Assembly: GCA_002792635.1 (NCBI GenBank)
Contig: PFOR01000027.1
Span: 2,563-66,562 of the forward strand
DNA: 64,000 nt
Reading direction: 5' to 3'
From: Candidatus Pacearchaeota archaeon CG_4_10_14_0_2_um_filter_35_33
GTDB lineage: Archaea > Nanobdellota > Nanobdellia > Pacearchaeales > GW2011-AR1
The position numbers were made by a program, and so were the translations under genes. Under the pieces are notes generated by a model, which ran no database searches, had not been told where the DNA came from, and saw only the letters and a list, made by a program, of their open reading frames with translations. Below are positions 62,576-64,000 of this stretch, piece after piece. Position 1 is the stretch's first letter. Each line of letters opens with the position of its first letter.

Positions 62576-62818
62576 ATGGTAGGAAAATTAATGAGATTTC
62601 AGATAGGAAAATCCGGGATAACTCCCGGCGTGATAGAAAGCCTTGCTAAAGCGTTTAGGACTCACAAAACTATAAGGATAAGCCTTCTAAAATCTGTTGG
62701 GATGGATAGGAATGAGAAAAAGAAAATTGCAGATGAATTATGTGAGAAACTTTCAGGGAATTATAAATATACTATAATCGGATTTACCATTGTTCTGAGA
62801 AAGGCAGGCAAGGGATAA
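62576..62818 (+). CDS. CRS1/YhbY (CRM) domain RNA-binding protein
   Basis: RFQIGKSGITPGVIESLAKAFRTHKTIRISL is typical of YhbY. Confidence 0.7.
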   Translation: MVGKLMRFQIGKSGITPGVIESLAKAFRTHKTIRISLLKSVGMDRNEKKKIADELCEKLSGNYKYTIIGFTIVLRKAGKG

Positions 62819-62850
62819 GGTTTATAAGGGCTCTTTATCCAATATAGAAA

Positions 62851-63258
62851 ATGGCTGATGTGAGGACTATTGAAGCAGGAAAATATAACAATCTTTTAGC
62901 TGAGGCACTGAAAAAAATGGAGGAGTTTGAAGAACCAGAATGGGTTTGCCTTGTAAAATCAGGACCTCATAATTCTAGGCCAACTAATGATGAGAACTTT
63001 TGGTATAAAAGAGCTGCTAGTGTGTTGAGACAAATTTATCTTAGAGGAGTTGTAGGTGTTGAAAGACTCAGAACAAGATATGGTGGAAGAAAGGAGAGGG
63101 GTGTGAAGCCAAGTGAATTTAGAAAAGGCGGAGGGAAGATAATTAGAACAATTTTACAGCAAGCTGAAAAGGCTGGATTTATAGAAAAGGCCACTGGAAG
63201 TAAGAAAGGCAGACAATTAACAGAGAAGGGAAAGGAATTTATGGAGGGTGTACAATGA
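62851..63258 (+). CDS. rps19e: Ribosomal protein eS19
   Basis: PEWVCLVKSGPHNSRPTNDENFWYKRAASVLRQIYLRG. Confidence 0.9.
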   Translation: MADVRTIEAGKYNNLLAEALKKMEEFEEPEWVCLVKSGPHNSRPTNDENFWYKRAASVLRQIYLRGVVGVERLRTRYGGRKERGVKPSEFRKGGGKIIRTILQQAEKAGFIEKATGSKKGRQLTEKGKEFMEGVQ

Positions 63259-63455
63259 CAAGACATTATCCAAAAAAAGTGAAGTTAGGTGTTCATGGAA
63301 GAAGAACCAAGTGGGCCCCTTTTTGGGCAGTAATAAAGAAATTTGGTCAAGGAAAAAGAAAGCATCCTAGTGAAATGACAAAAATAAGGAGACACTGGAG
63401 AAGAACTAAATTAAAAGTGAAACCTAGAAAATCTAGGAAGAGTCACTTTGGTTAA
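63255..63455 (+). CDS. rpl39e: Ribosomal protein eL39
   Basis: ...APFWAVIKK...IRRHWRRTKLKV (compare the consensus PVWV..KT...RRHWRRTKLK). Confidence 0.85.
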   Translation: MTRHYPKKVKLGVHGRRTKWAPFWAVIKKFGQGKRKHPSEMTKIRRHWRRTKLKVKPRKSRKSHFG

Positions 63456-63457
63456 AG

Positions 63458-63997
63458 ATGACACAGGCAAATGAAAGAGAGTATGTAATTCCATTAAGAA
63501 AGGAATGGATGAAAAAACCCAGATATAAGAGAACGAGAGCTAGCGTAATTGGAATAAAAAAATTTATTGCTAAACATATGAAGGTTCCTGATAGGAATCT
63601 GGATAAGGTAAAGCTTGATGTTTATTTGAACAATGAGATATGGTTTAGAGGAAGTAAAAAACCACCTGCAAAGATAAAAGTAATTGCGAAAAGAGTTGAT
63701 GACAAGATAATTGTTGAACATGCTGAACTTCCGGATAAATGGACTTTTGCGAAAGCAAGGCATGAAAAGAGACATAAGAAAGCTGAAACTAAGAAAAAGA
63801 TAGAGAGGGCTGAAACAAGGTCTGAAGAGAGAACGGAAGAAAAGACGGAAGAAGAAAAGAAAGATGAATCTGAAAAGGCAAAGGCTGTTGCAGATGTTAG
63901 AGAAAAACAAGCTGAACAACAGGCTAAAGCACAGAAACAGATTGAAAAAGCAATGAAAGCGCCTAAGTCTCAGCCTAGGAAAGCGTTGAAGAAATAG
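63458..63997 (+). CDS. rpl31e: Ribosomal protein eL31 with a long K/E-rich C-terminal extension
   Basis: REYVIPLRKEWMKKPRYKRTRASV...VKLDVYLNNEIWFRGSKKPPAKIKV core, followed by about 85 charged residues. Confidence 0.85.
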   Translation: MTQANEREYVIPLRKEWMKKPRYKRTRASVIGIKKFIAKHMKVPDRNLDKVKLDVYLNNEIWFRGSKKPPAKIKVIAKRVDDKIIVEHAELPDKWTFAKARHEKRHKKAETKKKIERAETRSEERTEEKTEEEKKDESEKAKAVADVREKQAEQQAKAQKQIEKAMKAPKSQPRKALKK

Positions 63998-64000
63998 CTT

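Noticed and set aside
1-64000. CRISPR arrays, cas genes, toxin-antitoxin pairs or known defence systems
   Set aside because: Reading through the window I found no regularly spaced direct repeats and no recognisable cas, restriction-modification, Argonaute or abortive-infection signatures.

Overview
Gene-dense, AT-rich archaeal chromosome segment. It is archaeal because it carries archaeal-type 16S/23S rRNA, type A RNase P RNA, SRP RNA, exosome, proteasome, aCPSF1, eS19/eL39/eL31 and class III signal peptides. The compact proteins, form III RuBisCO and many surface or pilin-like genes suggest a small-genome DPANN-like lineage, which is inference.

Contents in order:
- argS and SRP RNA.
- A 9-kb type IV pilus-like locus with 7 class III signal-peptide proteins, a FlaI-like ATPase and a split FlaJ-like membrane component. 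An ArmA/Rmt-like rRNA methyltransferase sits inside it on the opposite strand.
- Archease and RtcB.
- Two giant Cys-rich surface proteins.
- A GTPase / DUF2073-like / Zn-ribbon triad, then the CCA-adding enzyme.
- TrmB regulator and a presenilin-like protease.
- A minus-strand operon: RNase J, Mtq2-like methylase, Mre11, Rad50, PsmB, aCPSF1.
- The archaeal exosome/proteasome superoperon (pop5, psmA, SBDS, rrp4, rrp41, rrp42, rpoK, eno, rps2).
- A 16S / tRNA-Ala / 23S operon with no 5S.
- RNase P RNA and tRNA-Phe.
- A VKOR homolog and form III RuBisCO.
- An eS19 / eL39 / eL31 cluster.

Most notable findings:
1. A 7.8-kb AT-rich cargo element at 38346-46164 has 22-bp imperfect terminal inverted repeats and a perfect 10-bp flanking direct repeat. 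It is inserted right after the SBDS stop codon and splits the superoperon. It carries an IS6-like transposase with an in-frame TGA and a tightly coupled 7-gene radical-SAM / methyltransferase / GT2 / kinase / LmbE / WbqC / NUDIX operon.
2. Promoter geometry is very regular. An 8-bp TATA box starts 29 (+/-1) nt upstream of the ATG of more than 25 genes, implying leaderless mRNAs. In four cases one TATA box sits exactly in the middle of a 50-nt divergent spacer.
3. Several genes are decayed: frameshifts, in-frame TAG/TGA/TAA stops, and two ATG-to-ATA start losses.

No CRISPR array was seen.
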